From contig CATLBQ010000007.1 in the NCBI GenBank assembly GCA_949879765.1, positions 2,266 through 66,265 of the forward strand: a stretch of DNA of 64,000 bases, written 5' to 3'. The stretch is from an uncultured Bacilli bacterium. Lineage in GTDB: Bacteria; Bacillota_I; Bacilli_A; ML615J-28; CAG-313. Every line of letters starts with the position of its first letter. The first letter of the stretch is position 1. The translations under genes were made by a program, and so were the position numbers. The notes beneath the pieces are model-generated. The model made no database searches, was not told the DNA's origin, and saw nothing but the letters and a program-made list of their open reading frames with translations. Of the stretch, positions 10,501 to 19,556 are shown in pieces.

Positions 10501-11552
10501 ATCGGATGATAACATTGTGGCATGATATAGTCAATCCATTCATGATTGATCCAGTTGAGGGTATCAGAATACAAATAATCACCATAGTGAGCAAAACCTG
10601 CGGTATTAGAATACGTTGGACTAATCAAAGTTCCATTAGCATCATATGTAGGTGATGCAGTATATCCACCATTACGGTATACATTAGATGGTGAAATTCC
10701 AATTTGTACACATGTATTATGTTGCGCATTATAAGCACGAATCTCTTGTGACAAACTTTCAATGAATAAATCCACTTGCTTTCTTCTAAAATCAGCAATA
10801 GATAAATTTTCTGTATTGTATTTGGCACGGGTTTTTTCATCATTTGCCCCACTAATATAAAAATAATCATCAAAATGGATAGCATCGATATCATAATTTT
10901 CTACTAGTTCCATACAAGTGTCTACAATAAAATCACGTACTTCTGGAATACCTGGGTCAAAAATAATATTATTTCCTACTGTTATCAAGTTATCTGGATT
11001 ATTGGCTGGATTCACAGCAGGTAATGGTTCTGCTGAAAACGATGGATTTTGACCATTGGTTGCAATACGATAGGGATTCAACCAAGCATGAAATTCGATA
11101 CCTCTACGATGGCATTCTTCAATTAACCATTCTAGTGGATCAAATTGATCAAAATTTACCCCACTCCACCAACTTGCTAAAGGGTTCAGTTCGGATTTAT
11201 ACATAGCATTATTGTGGGTACGCACATGATAAATGATAGCATTCATCCCCATGTTTTGCATATTATCTAATACTTCATTCATCATTGACTTATACTGTGA
11301 TTCACTAGAATACCCAGCAATGTCTCCCGCAAATACCGTTACCCAAGCTGCTCGCAATTGGCTTGTTGGATAATTGTATTCTTCTAATCGGTACACTTTT
11401 TCATTACTATTTCGGTAAGTCAAGTCTGTACCATCGGATGCTTTGACGACAACTAAGTTACTTGCTTCGATATGTTTCATTTGAAATAAAAGACCTAAGC
11501 AAATAGAAATGGTTGTCATCAATAGAATCATTGTTTTTTTCATATATTTCAT
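7512..11552 (-). CDS. Secreted, membrane-anchored GHL10 (DUF187/YddW-DigH-like) glycoside hydrolase with FN3-like segment, helical stalk repeats and C-terminal TM anchor
   Basis: Signal peptide; LRAAWV, FDPLEWLIEECHRRGIEFHAWLNPYR, YDIDAIHFDDYFY, WIDYIMPQ; VTNYQKLVDAE-type and GA/DUF1542-like helical repeats; C-terminal TM followed by KK. Confidence 0.85.
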   Translation of the reverse strand: MKYMKKTMILLMTTISICLGLLFQMKHIEASNLVVVKASDGTDLTYRNSNEKVYRLEEYNYPTSQLRAAWVTVFAGDIAGYSSESQYKSMMNEVLDNMQNMGMNAIIYHVRTHNNAMYKSELNPLASWWSGVNFDQFDPLEWLIEECHRRGIEFHAWLNPYRIATNGQNPSFSAEPLPAVNPANNPDNLITVGNNIIFDPGIPEVRDFIVDTCMELVENYDIDAIHFDDYFYISGANDEKTRAKYNTENLSIADFRRKQVDLFIESLSQEIRAYNAQHNTCVQIGISPSNVYRNGGYTASPTYDANGTLISPTYSNTAGFAHYGDYLYSDTLNWINHEWIDYIMPQCYHPIEQEAASYAELVRWWSWAVRYKKVNLYTGIGIYMTLESNIYWKKNVNEVQLQLLISGQYKEFKGASFYKYSTLLNTSNATIAHAVDTISNDYWKVKIPGAVVPYYAPLLDEVDPTGITYNKTSHTLSWHPVEQTRGYMVYQVPKGSRLNKENISQVYAYTQQTTINLAQDPGYDYYVASVNLANEISDGALVPIALEVEEVMALIEQIPQTITLEHKSQIEHIRMVYNLLSPSEQASVTNYQKLVDAEAQLAAFADLEATLNDYIQHLDKEIQTDRILPTPDYIQLSYQNASDQQVYDLQTGVRYKNYLATTKIGLIATLEHSGKTVSQSFEVNVGLTRMDQEGLFYRNDPSAIGAEDKGNYRPGSSGYIGWSGHRVIVDRYVLYITGNENGTNYHEITNPTQIERCIHISAAGVYVNKTQQTLTMKLTDAYESKSGSADGYFIISNEKIKEVQTGFDTNQTITLAPGDAIVITRYLDGLINGSPFVPATKLAVGTKAYIDQESGVPEIPQEVKDIIEQINQIPTSITFDQEELILSIQRQYESLSPSNQALVTNQDQLFEAIRTLTKLKEQLEQAQTTYIQKIDTLINSYDVSDAINQELIQQGEAFKKQIRQAISVSDIEYIWTRVVATFNEYFENLENAQNQAKTSIQKFIDGLTYNEAELIIIRQAQQDAIAIIDEMADIEVIRAYPTVFIQQVESTHDALEQAKADAQVALSQLQEQWYTDAQNEYIGQMIDKTVANILLCGTKQEVIALQEACQHSVQVYIQAITEAINQAIAQISQKEMPTDATVTEWIAKAKQQLAKAKTVSEVEDILSSFNTQYHEKLTLEKENTLKALDKWNVTMDYIYQDAINQAIQQADEAIQGAQIIQEVQQAYTAFQQEVEEWIVPKRQEIKDKITNYIKSLAYPQEELDRIGLEKEKIFAQIDTYHYVDSMEQFFTDFKKIVQSIHQETPDIVPTPPAQGCSNCNGSVVMWIYITVIASIAYVVFKKYAAR

Positions 11553-11708
11553 ACTTGTATACCTCTTTTCTTTCTATTTGAATCATTATATCATAAAAAT
11601 GATTTATCCCAAAGGGTTTTGCAAGCGTTTTTATAGTAAGTTATGGAAGTTTGTATATATTTACATATTTTTGAAAATGATACATATAATGAGATTGAGG
11701 TATATATT

Positions 11709-12173
11709 ATGAAATGGTTAAAACGAATTTTATTATTTTTATTTGTCTTGTTTTTATTTATTCTTCCTACACTCCTCTTTAAACCTGATTTAGAATTTTA
11801 TCATAGTTTGAAAGGACCTAAATTACCAAGTATCGTCTTCCCCATTGTGTGGAGTATCATTGATGTTTGTATGAGTATCTTTTTTGTTTATCATTTTGAA
11901 AAAAGAAAAAGTTACCATCCAAAAGATTGTGCGCGTGTCCTTCTTTTCTACACCCTAACGTACTTATCCTATTTCATGTTTCCTTATTTCTTTTTCGTTA
12001 AACAGAGTTTATTTTTAGGATATGTATTTACCCTCCTTAATTTTCTTTTTGCAACTTTGACCCTTTTAGAGTCTTTATTGCTAAACAAAAAAGCAAGTTT
12101 ATGGGTACTGCCTTATGTACTTTGGGGAATCATTGCCACTGTATTATCCATTATTGTTTATCTGAACAACTGA
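11709..12173 (+). CDS. tspO: TspO/MBR family tryptophan-rich sensory membrane protein
   Basis: FYHSLKGPKLPSIVFPIVWSI and LPYVLWGIIATVLS motifs; five hydrophobic helices. Confidence 0.8.
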   Translation: MKWLKRILLFLFVLFLFILPTLLFKPDLEFYHSLKGPKLPSIVFPIVWSIIDVCMSIFFVYHFEKRKSYHPKDCARVLLFYTLTYLSYFMFPYFFFVKQSLFLGYVFTLLNFLFATLTLLESLLLNKKASLWVLPYVLWGIIATVLSIIVYLNN

Positions 12174-12184
12174 TTGATGTATAT

Positions 12185-12229
12185 AAAAAAGTAGCCAACA
12201 ATCTTTTTGATTTGCTTGCTACTTTTTTT
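12185..12229. terminator. Bidirectional terminator between convergent genes
   Basis: aaaaaagtagc...gctactttttt. Confidence 0.7.
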
Positions 12230-12233
12230 CATT

Positions 12234-13400
12234 TTATCGATCATTTGAAATAAAACAACCATGTACATTATAATAACCCAGTTCTTGGTGGTTTCCATCA
12301 TATAACCTAGCATAGTCATCGACTTGATATTCACTTCTTATTCCTTGTTCATCATATAAGTATCCCATATTGCCCCTTGTATATCTTTTATTTCCAATCG
12401 TATAATAGGTTGTAGAACCCGTTAGTTGTTGGCTATTGGCCAAATGGCCTAGTGCATCAGCCACATGTATGAAACTCAAATCATTTTGATCCGCATATCC
12501 ATCAGAATAATAGACTTCTCGGTTTTCTAATCGTTCTTTTTCTTCTGCATAATAGGTTTCATACTTTTCCCACAAAGCATCATAGGTATCTTGGTATTTC
12601 TCTTGACTACTTGGAGAAAGGGATACATAGAGTTTGTCATATGTTGACATCGTTTGATTGGCTAGCCGAAGATCACTCATTCCCATCACATTATCCAAAA
12701 TAGCCATAGCATAAAACCGGGTTGCTGTAAGCTTTAATTCGTCATCTGTACAATATTGCATAGCGAGTTGATAAGATGTCCTAAAGGCTTGTCGGTCTGA
12801 GTCATCTCCCCATATATAATATCCCAATACACAAATCAAATGGGCATGACCATACAAACTTTCCCAAGTCATTTGATCATAAAAAGGATGATACGTCTCA
12901 TACTCTTTTAACATGTCATCTGAACCCGTTTGTCTTAATCTCAGTACTTCTTTTAAATAAGTTACTGATTTTTTCATGCTATCATAGACCATCTCTTGAT
13001 TTATATATCCTTCTACATAGCTATCTAAATGACATTTTGCTCGGTACAATTGAAACAATCCATCTTTGATTTGAGGATGCGTGATACAAAAATGACATAA
13101 TGCCTCATATTCTTCTAATTCTTCTAAAAGCATCGCATACATGCCATAAGCATATGTATTTCCTAATGCACAGGCTTGTTCTAGACATTGTCGATAAGTT
13201 TGAATATCTTGTTCAGATTTTGGCACAACATGAGTTTGTAAACAAAGTAGTGCTTTACAAAACATGGCTCTTGCATTTTTAGCATCTGCTACTTGACAAA
13301 CTTTACGATAACATGTCTCATATGCTTGATGTTGATAATCCGCCAATGCCTCTTGTAATAATTGATTTTGCGGATTATTTTTTTTGTGAAATAACCCCAT
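12234..13400 (-). CDS. Sel1/TPR-like helical repeat protein with a small beta-rich C-terminal domain
   Basis: Sel1-like KNARAMFCKA and LEQACALGNTYAYG segments; C-terminal YLYDEQG..LYDGNHQELGYY repeats. Confidence 0.5.
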   Translation of the reverse strand: MGLFHKKNNPQNQLLQEALADYQHQAYETCYRKVCQVADAKNARAMFCKALLCLQTHVVPKSEQDIQTYRQCLEQACALGNTYAYGMYAMLLEELEEYEALCHFCITHPQIKDGLFQLYRAKCHLDSYVEGYINQEMVYDSMKKSVTYLKEVLRLRQTGSDDMLKEYETYHPFYDQMTWESLYGHAHLICVLGYYIWGDDSDRQAFRTSYQLAMQYCTDDELKLTATRFYAMAILDNVMGMSDLRLANQTMSTYDKLYVSLSPSSQEKYQDTYDALWEKYETYYAEEKERLENREVYYSDGYADQNDLSFIHVADALGHLANSQQLTGSTTYYTIGNKRYTRGNMGYLYDEQGIRSEYQVDDYARLYDGNHQELGYYNVHGCFISNDR

Positions 13401-13402
13401 AA

Positions 13403-13789
13403 CTATTTGATTTTTTGTACTACAGTTGGATTCAATAAATCCTGATTATTGTCCTGTTTGCTGATTAACACAATCACAACTTTAAATAAATAATAAAATC
13501 GCGCTGTAGAAAGTACCTTTTTAATTAACTTTTGTTCTTCTTTTGTAGTATTACCCTTTTTCCATTTAGCACCAACGGCATTAACTTTTTTGAATTCTCC
13601 ACCACGCATTGCTAAGTATCCTGCAACAAGTGCCACATTCATTGGTGTTTTAGACATTTTTCCTTTGGTACATTGCAATACTTCTTGTGTGTCTTTTAAC
13701 AGTTGGTCTTGTTCTATCCCACTAAATGTGGTGTAATCCGTTTGGGATAAATCAATAAACTTATAATTTTTTTTGTCAAACTGTTTCAT
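13403..13789 (-). CDS. Hypothetical protein, co-transcribed with the Sel1-like gene
   Basis: 128 aa ORF, strong RBS (AGAGGAG), 2 nt gap to the next gene. Confidence 0.7.
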   Translation of the reverse strand: MKQFDKKNYKFIDLSQTDYTTFSGIEQDQLLKDTQEVLQCTKGKMSKTPMNVALVAGYLAMRGGEFKKVNAVGAKWKKGNTTKEEQKLIKKVLSTARFYYLFKVVIVLISKQDNNQDLLNPTVVQKIK

Positions 13790-13870
13790 TATTTCTTCTC
13801 CTCTTTTATTTTTTTTAATTATATCATAGAGGGTGCTAATAAAGTGCTAATTATCAAGGCACAGACGTCA

Positions 13871-13910
13871 AAAAAAGACTGAAAAAGCCCATATCCTCTT
13901 TCAGTCTTTT
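13871..13910 (-). terminator. Intrinsic terminator of the OB-fold lipoprotein gene
   Basis: aaaagactgaaa...tttcagtctttt. Confidence 0.75.
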
Positions 13911-13922
13911 GATATCATTTGA

Positions 13923-16736
13923 TTATTCTACAACTGTATAGTTAGCAATCACATATGTATATTGTGTTTTATACCAATTGTAGGCAATCAAGGTAACTCG
14001 AATGGTTTTTCCATTGAATGCTTCTAATGCTTGATAATTTTCAGCATAATAATTGGCATTGGTATAATTGTATAATTCGATTTCATCATTACCTACAGAT
14101 AAGTAAGCTCTTTGACTTGTCCCTTCTACATGGATTGTCGCAACTACATCTTGATATACAACTGCACCTAATTTTGCATCTTCTCCTGCTAAACTCGCCG
14201 CAGCCAAATTAGCAAATAAAATATCTTGAATAAACGAGTTATTAGGTACTGCATTTCCTTTAGAAACTACTGTAATGGTTGCACCTGCGGCAAATTGTGG
14301 TAAGCCATAATACAAATCCATATTTCCTTTTAAGATGACTTGATCACCCACTTCAACAGTACCTAGAGTTTTGCAATATAGTGTGCCAGTTTCATCAGTA
14401 ACAAAGAATCCCCAAGAAGTAGCACCTTTGGATTTCACAACGGCACTAACAATGCCTTCAACGATAACAGTTGAACCATTTCTTTGGGCTTGTTCTCTGA
14501 ATGCTGCAACCGTAATACTTTCAGCTTTGACAATTTTGAAAGAAACTTCAATGGTTGTTTGATAGTTACCATATGCAAAATCAAGCGCCAATGTTACATC
14601 TTCAGTTTGGGTAGGAGAAGCAATTGTAAGTGTAAATTCTTGACCTACTTGTGATGCACTTACTTGTTTAGAACTACAGTTGTCAAGAGATAACGTAGCT
14701 CCTTGTGGTACATTGTATGTGATGGTGGCTTCATTCGCATATTCTGATGCAAATAAATGTTCAATGGTTGATGTTTCAAAGTAACCAACTAACTGGTCTG
14801 GTGTTGCAACTTCGCCTAATACTTGTAATACGCCTGCTTTCCAAACGAACTTTTTACTAGATACTGCACCAATACGAAGTGTAACATACGCTTCAACGCA
14901 TTTACCTGCATATGGTTCTAACCATGCATATTCGCCTGGACCATTTTTACCTGAATTTTGTGAATACACAATCATACTAAGTGATGGATCATTGAGATCA
15001 TGAATATAATAATTTACATAAGAACCAGTTGTTCTTTCTATATACATTGTTGTTTTGAAGACCATATTGCTGATATTATTATCAGATGGATTTTGAATAA
15101 GGCTAGCAAGATCTTTTTCTTCAATCTGATCTACTGGTAATTCATGTTCTTGCCAATCATGATACAAAACTTCTGCTTGATTTAAACGAATAGAACCAGT
15201 ATGATTATGGTCTTCTCTTGGTTGATATAAATCCCCAAAACCAGTTACATATACATATTCACCTACTTTTAATTTGGTGATATCTGTTTTTGTATCTACC
15301 GCAGTCGATACAAATACCGCAATTGAACTGGTTTCATCGATGATTTCAAAACCAGCTGGAGTGGTTGCACCTTTTAAATATAAGAAACCTACAATATATC
15401 CTTGAATCGTCACTTGTTCACCTACTGGTGCTTTTCTTGCTTCTTCAATCGTGATGGTTTCAATATCAGGTTTAGCAATAGCACCTTCAAAAGAAACTGT
15501 TCTTGTTGCAACTAAATCGTTATATTGAAGTGTGATTTCTACTTCCATCTTTACTAATTCTGCACCAAAGTCTAGTGATATTTCATATCCTTCTTCTTTT
15601 TGAATCAAGGTTACCCCATCGGATACAGATGTATAACTTACCTTTGCTCCTGCTAATTGATTATCTGTTGTTGCAAGAGTAAATGTACAAGGATTATCAT
15701 ATGTTGCGCTAAACTGCGTAGCTAAACGATCTAATGCATACTCCATATAAGTTTTATCATCCACATTCACCTCATCTAAAATTTGAATAGGTACAATACG
15801 CCAGAAATTACCACTTGCGGAAAGTTTACAATTGTGTACAGCTATGATGCATTCTCTTACACTGCCATCATATGCTTCAAGCCAAGCAAGATCTTTCCCA
15901 TTTGCCGTTGTATAAGCATAGTAACTATTGACACCATTTAAGTCATTAAAGTAATAATTGACAAAACCATTTCCTACTGATTTATGAATCTTTGCAACAA
16001 CTTTATAGACATTAGATGTAATATTTTCTGATACAGGAATTTTGCATAAATCAGCAATTGATGTTTCTTGAATACAGGATGTAGGCACAGGATGAATTTG
16101 GTTATCATTGGTAAGGGTTGTTGGAATAATTTGTTTTGCCCCTGTATAGCCTGCTTTTTCAGCTGATGTTGTACTGTTAGCATCAATATACTTAGTAAAT
16201 TCACCTTGAATTTGAACAAGATTACCTACTTTTACTGTTTCTGCATAACTTGAACTATGTACATAAATCGCATCGGTCTCATCAAATATATAGAATCCAA
16301 CAGGTACATTCTTTTCTGTTCCATAAACAACGTAAGCTACAATTCCCTCAACTACAACAGCTTCTTTGTCATTGTATTGCTTTACTTCTTGGATGGTTGT
16401 TTTACCTTTTGCGATAACTGTCACCACATAGACTTTCTTTTCACTATAATCGTCTTTTGTGAATGTGACCGTAATTTCTACAGTTACATTCTCAGTTTGT
16501 CGATTGACTACACCTTCGTTAGAAATAACATTTTCATTCGAAGACACATAACTGAGTGTAACCTCACCAAGTTTGGTTTTAAATTCGAGATTCGCTTCTA
16601 CTTTTGACAAATCAACGTCTTTAAAACATTCAACCATCGCATCTTTGACTGCAGTTTGTGCATTATTTTGAACTACACAAGCACTCATACCTAAAGATGC
16701 CAAGACTAAAGCTAGAAAAACAAATACTTTTTTCAT
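13923..16736 (-). CDS. Lipoprotein with Ig-like domains and three repeated OB-fold modules
   Basis: Lipobox LGMSAC; Ig-like SSNENVISNEGVVNRQ..VTVEITVT; three repeats of TI.E...V.VEGIV...GF.I.DET..I.V...KVG..V...G. Confidence 0.75.
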   Translation of the reverse strand: MKKVFVFLALVLASLGMSACVVQNNAQTAVKDAMVECFKDVDLSKVEANLEFKTKLGEVTLSYVSSNENVISNEGVVNRQTENVTVEITVTFTKDDYSEKKVYVVTVIAKGKTTIQEVKQYNDKEAVVVEGIVAYVVYGTEKNVPVGFYIFDETDAIYVHSSSYAETVKVGNLVQIQGEFTKYIDANSTTSAEKAGYTGAKQIIPTTLTNDNQIHPVPTSCIQETSIADLCKIPVSENITSNVYKVVAKIHKSVGNGFVNYYFNDLNGVNSYYAYTTANGKDLAWLEAYDGSVRECIIAVHNCKLSASGNFWRIVPIQILDEVNVDDKTYMEYALDRLATQFSATYDNPCTFTLATTDNQLAGAKVSYTSVSDGVTLIQKEEGYEISLDFGAELVKMEVEITLQYNDLVATRTVSFEGAIAKPDIETITIEEARKAPVGEQVTIQGYIVGFLYLKGATTPAGFEIIDETSSIAVFVSTAVDTKTDITKLKVGEYVYVTGFGDLYQPREDHNHTGSIRLNQAEVLYHDWQEHELPVDQIEEKDLASLIQNPSDNNISNMVFKTTMYIERTTGSYVNYYIHDLNDPSLSMIVYSQNSGKNGPGEYAWLEPYAGKCVEAYVTLRIGAVSSKKFVWKAGVLQVLGEVATPDQLVGYFETSTIEHLFASEYANEATITYNVPQGATLSLDNCSSKQVSASQVGQEFTLTIASPTQTEDVTLALDFAYGNYQTTIEVSFKIVKAESITVAAFREQAQRNGSTVIVEGIVSAVVKSKGATSWGFFVTDETGTLYCKTLGTVEVGDQVILKGNMDLYYGLPQFAAGATITVVSKGNAVPNNSFIQDILFANLAAASLAGEDAKLGAVVYQDVVATIHVEGTSQRAYLSVGNDEIELYNYTNANYYAENYQALEAFNGKTIRVTLIAYNWYKTQYTYVIANYTVVE

Positions 16737-16863
16737 CTTTTTTTAATTTTCCTTTTCTTCAAATTTTTGGGGGGAGATGTAATCTCAATCATATTATATC
16801 TTTCTTCTTTCTTTTTTACAAGAAAAGACAATTAGAAAGCGTTGTCAAAAAAAGCGTATGAAA

Positions 16864-16906
16864 AAAAAGATAAAGGCTTGGCATCTTTCTCTAACCTTTA
16901 TCTTTT
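16864..16906 (-). terminator. Terminator of the ABC-F/aminopeptidase operon
   Basis: aaaagataaagg...cctttatctttt. Confidence 0.7.
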
Positions 16907-17031
16907 GATTTTGGTTTCGTTTTTAGTCTTTTTTTATACTCTAACGCTATCCACTGAACATCAAATCATATTTTCAATGTCTGAATGGATACAAAAACGA
17001 ATGCTTATTTTTTTGTTTTCATAGGAAATTT

Positions 17032-18318
17032 TTATTGAGTGATTTTTGTAGATAATTTGAAAATTGCTTGGCTTTTTTCCTTTTGAATCGACGTTTCATA
17101 AAATTGTTGAAATACCCGTTTCATATATATCACATCCTGAGTTCCTGCCGTTTCATAACAAGAATGCATAGCGAGTTGGGCAAGACCAACATCTACGCTA
17201 GGAATGCTCAAATGAGATTGCGCAATAGCACCCAATGTACTTCCACCTCTTACATCACTGCGATTGGTATAATCTTGATAAGGGACTTGCGCCATTTGAC
17301 ATAGTTTCTTAAAAATAGCCTCACTATATCCATCTGTAGTATAACTTAATCCCGCCTGATGTTTGATTACAATTCCTTTATTCATATATACCGCATTGCT
17401 TGTATCACTTTTTTCAGGATGGTTTGGATGTACTGCGTGTGCATTATCAGCTGATACCATAAAAGATTGGGCCATCAAAGCATAAAAATCGAGTGATAAA
17501 GTTTGGGCAATTCTTGTCAACACATCCATTAGAAAACTAGAATCAGCACCATTAGAAGATCTGCTGCCTACTTCTTCATTGTTAAAAATGGCTGCTATGG
17601 CAATACTAGATGGTGTTGCATTGACTAAGGCATCTATAGATAAATAAGCACATTCTAAATCATCTAGTCTACCTGATAATATATATTCTTGATTGGCTCC
17701 TCCTAAACACGCCTCTTCTTTATTATATAAGAATAAATCATGAGATAGAATCGTTTTGCCTTTGGCATACAAAGACAATGTTTCTTCAAATGTTGTCGCA
17801 GATTCTGCAAAGATTGGCAAAAGATCGACTTGTGGATTGGGTGAAAACTCACTACTTCTATTCATATGAATAGCCACACTTGGAATTACCAATGTTTGGT
17901 CTAGTTCAACTAGTTGTTCACTGATGCTATCCCCTTCTTCAGTGAATATTCTTCCTGCAACGCCAAGAGGTCTATCTAACCATGTATAGTGTAACATGCC
18001 CCCATAAGGCTCGGTATTTAGACGCGTATAATGGTTGCGCATATCTTGAAGGGTCATATTGGGTTTCAATTTATAACAAGGTGAGTCACTATGACTCGCA
18101 ATAATGGCACATGTAGGTTGATTGACTTCTTTTGGAATTTGAAAAGCAATGATACTTGATCCATTTTTAATGACATAGTATTTTCCACCTGCATCAATTG
18201 ACCACTGATTTTCTTCATATAACTGGATAAATCCTGCTTGTTCTAACTTGATTTGAAGTTGACGAACAGCATGAAAACAAGTATAGGACTGATTTAAAAA
18301 TGACATCAATGCTTTCAT
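17032..18318 (-). CDS. apeB: M18 family aspartyl aminopeptidase
   Basis: SHSDSP, WLDRPL, GRLDDL, NEEVGS, SADNAHAVHPN, GGSTLG, LAMHS. Confidence 0.9.
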   Translation of the reverse strand: MKALMSFLNQSYTCFHAVRQLQIKLEQAGFIQLYEENQWSIDAGGKYYVIKNGSSIIAFQIPKEVNQPTCAIIASHSDSPCYKLKPNMTLQDMRNHYTRLNTEPYGGMLHYTWLDRPLGVAGRIFTEEGDSISEQLVELDQTLVIPSVAIHMNRSSEFSPNPQVDLLPIFAESATTFEETLSLYAKGKTILSHDLFLYNKEEACLGGANQEYILSGRLDDLECAYLSIDALVNATPSSIAIAAIFNNEEVGSRSSNGADSSFLMDVLTRIAQTLSLDFYALMAQSFMVSADNAHAVHPNHPEKSDTSNAVYMNKGIVIKHQAGLSYTTDGYSEAIFKKLCQMAQVPYQDYTNRSDVRGGSTLGAIAQSHLSIPSVDVGLAQLAMHSCYETAGTQDVIYMKRVFQQFYETSIQKEKSQAIFKLSTKITQ

Positions 18319-19556
18319 TAGAATACAAAATTCCCTTCTTTAAAAATAGTGATTTTTTCTCCATCATGAGTAGTACCTACAATTTCCATATCAGCAGAAC
18401 CAAACATAAAATCTACATGTGTTAAGGATACATTATACCCTAGCTGAACCAGTTCTTCTTCTGACATCGTTGTACCCCCTACCACATTCATTGCATACGC
18501 ATTACCTAGCGCCAAATGACAAGAAGCATTCTCATCAAATAACGTATCATTGAATAAAATATTTAAATTGGATATCGGTGAATCATGGGATATGAGTGCC
18601 ACCTCACCGAGTCTAGAAGAACCTTCATCTAGTTCAATCAAACTCTTTAGGGCTTCTTTTCCAACTTTTGCATCATACTCTACAACTTTACCATCTTGAA
18701 AGATAAAATAAAAATCTTGAATCAATTGTCCTCGATAATTGAGTGATTTCGTACTAACTACTTTACCATTGACTTTGTCTTTATGTGGCATCGTGAATAC
18801 TTCTTCAGTAGGGATATTGGGTACAAAATAAACACCATTGCCGCCCATTTCTCCTCCACCTGCCCAAAGGTGATTTTCAACAAGTTCAATCGTTAAATCT
18901 GTACCTAAACTATTTTTGAAATGTAAACTTTGAAAGCGATAATCATTCATTTTCGCACTATGGGCTTCTAATGCTTGGGTATGTGCTTTCCAATCTACTA
19001 CTGGATCATTTTCTAAACCAATTCTAGACGTATACATAATAGCATCAAATAACTTATCCCACGCTTCGTCTGGTTCTACATCTGGGAAAACGGTTTGACA
19101 CCATGCTTGATTGGGGTAAGCTACTATGGTCCATTGGGATTTACTTGCACTATAGTGATTGTGGAAAAAAGCTGTTTTTGGACCAATGGCACGTTCTGCT
19201 AGCATCAATCTAGACATATCAACGCCTTGCATACCCTGAGGATTTCTAGAGTCAATTGCAATGCGACAAGCATTTTGATCAACAAAGTACTGCATTCGCT
19301 CAATTTGCCATGTTGGTATTTCTTGTAAGGTTTCGTCTGTCGCATAAGTATAGTAGTTTCGATTTAATTCATCATCACTCCAGTCAATATATACCTTTTT
19401 GGCTCCGACTTGATAGGCTTCTTTTTGAATCAGCTTGGCAAGTGGAGCTGCCTCTAAGGTAGATGCAACAACAACAATTTGTCCTTTTTGGACATTGGCG
19501 CCCACTTTTACAGCGAGACTCGCTAATTTTTCTAATAAGATTTGTTTTTTATTCAC
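18318..19556 (-). CDS. ampS: M29 family aminopeptidase (AmpS/PepS)
   Basis: NIPTEEVFT, LGEVAL, LFDENASCHLALG, HVDFMFG. Confidence 0.92.
   Translation of the reverse strand: MNKKQILLEKLASLAVKVGANVQKGQIVVVASTLEAAPLAKLIQKEAYQVGAKKVYIDWSDDELNRNYYTYATDETLQEIPTWQIERMQYFVDQNACRIAIDSRNPQGMQGVDMSRLMLAERAIGPKTAFFHNHYSASKSQWTIVAYPNQAWCQTVFPDVEPDEAWDKLFDAIMYTSRIGLENDPVVDWKAHTQALEAHSAKMNDYRFQSLHFKNSLGTDLTIELVENHLWAGGGEMGGNGVYFVPNIPTEEVFTMPHKDKVNGKVVSTKSLNYRGQLIQDFYFIFQDGKVVEYDAKVGKEALKSLIELDEGSSRLGEVALISHDSPISNLNILFNDTLFDENASCHLALGNAYAMNVVGGTTMSEEELVQLGYNVSLTHVDFMFGSADMEIVGTTHDGEKITIFKEGNFVF

Noticed and set aside
13831-13850. CIRCE/HrcA operator
   Set aside because: The half-sites are direct repeats, not the inverted TTAGCACTC-N9-GAGTGCTAA arrangement, and the downstream genes are not chaperones
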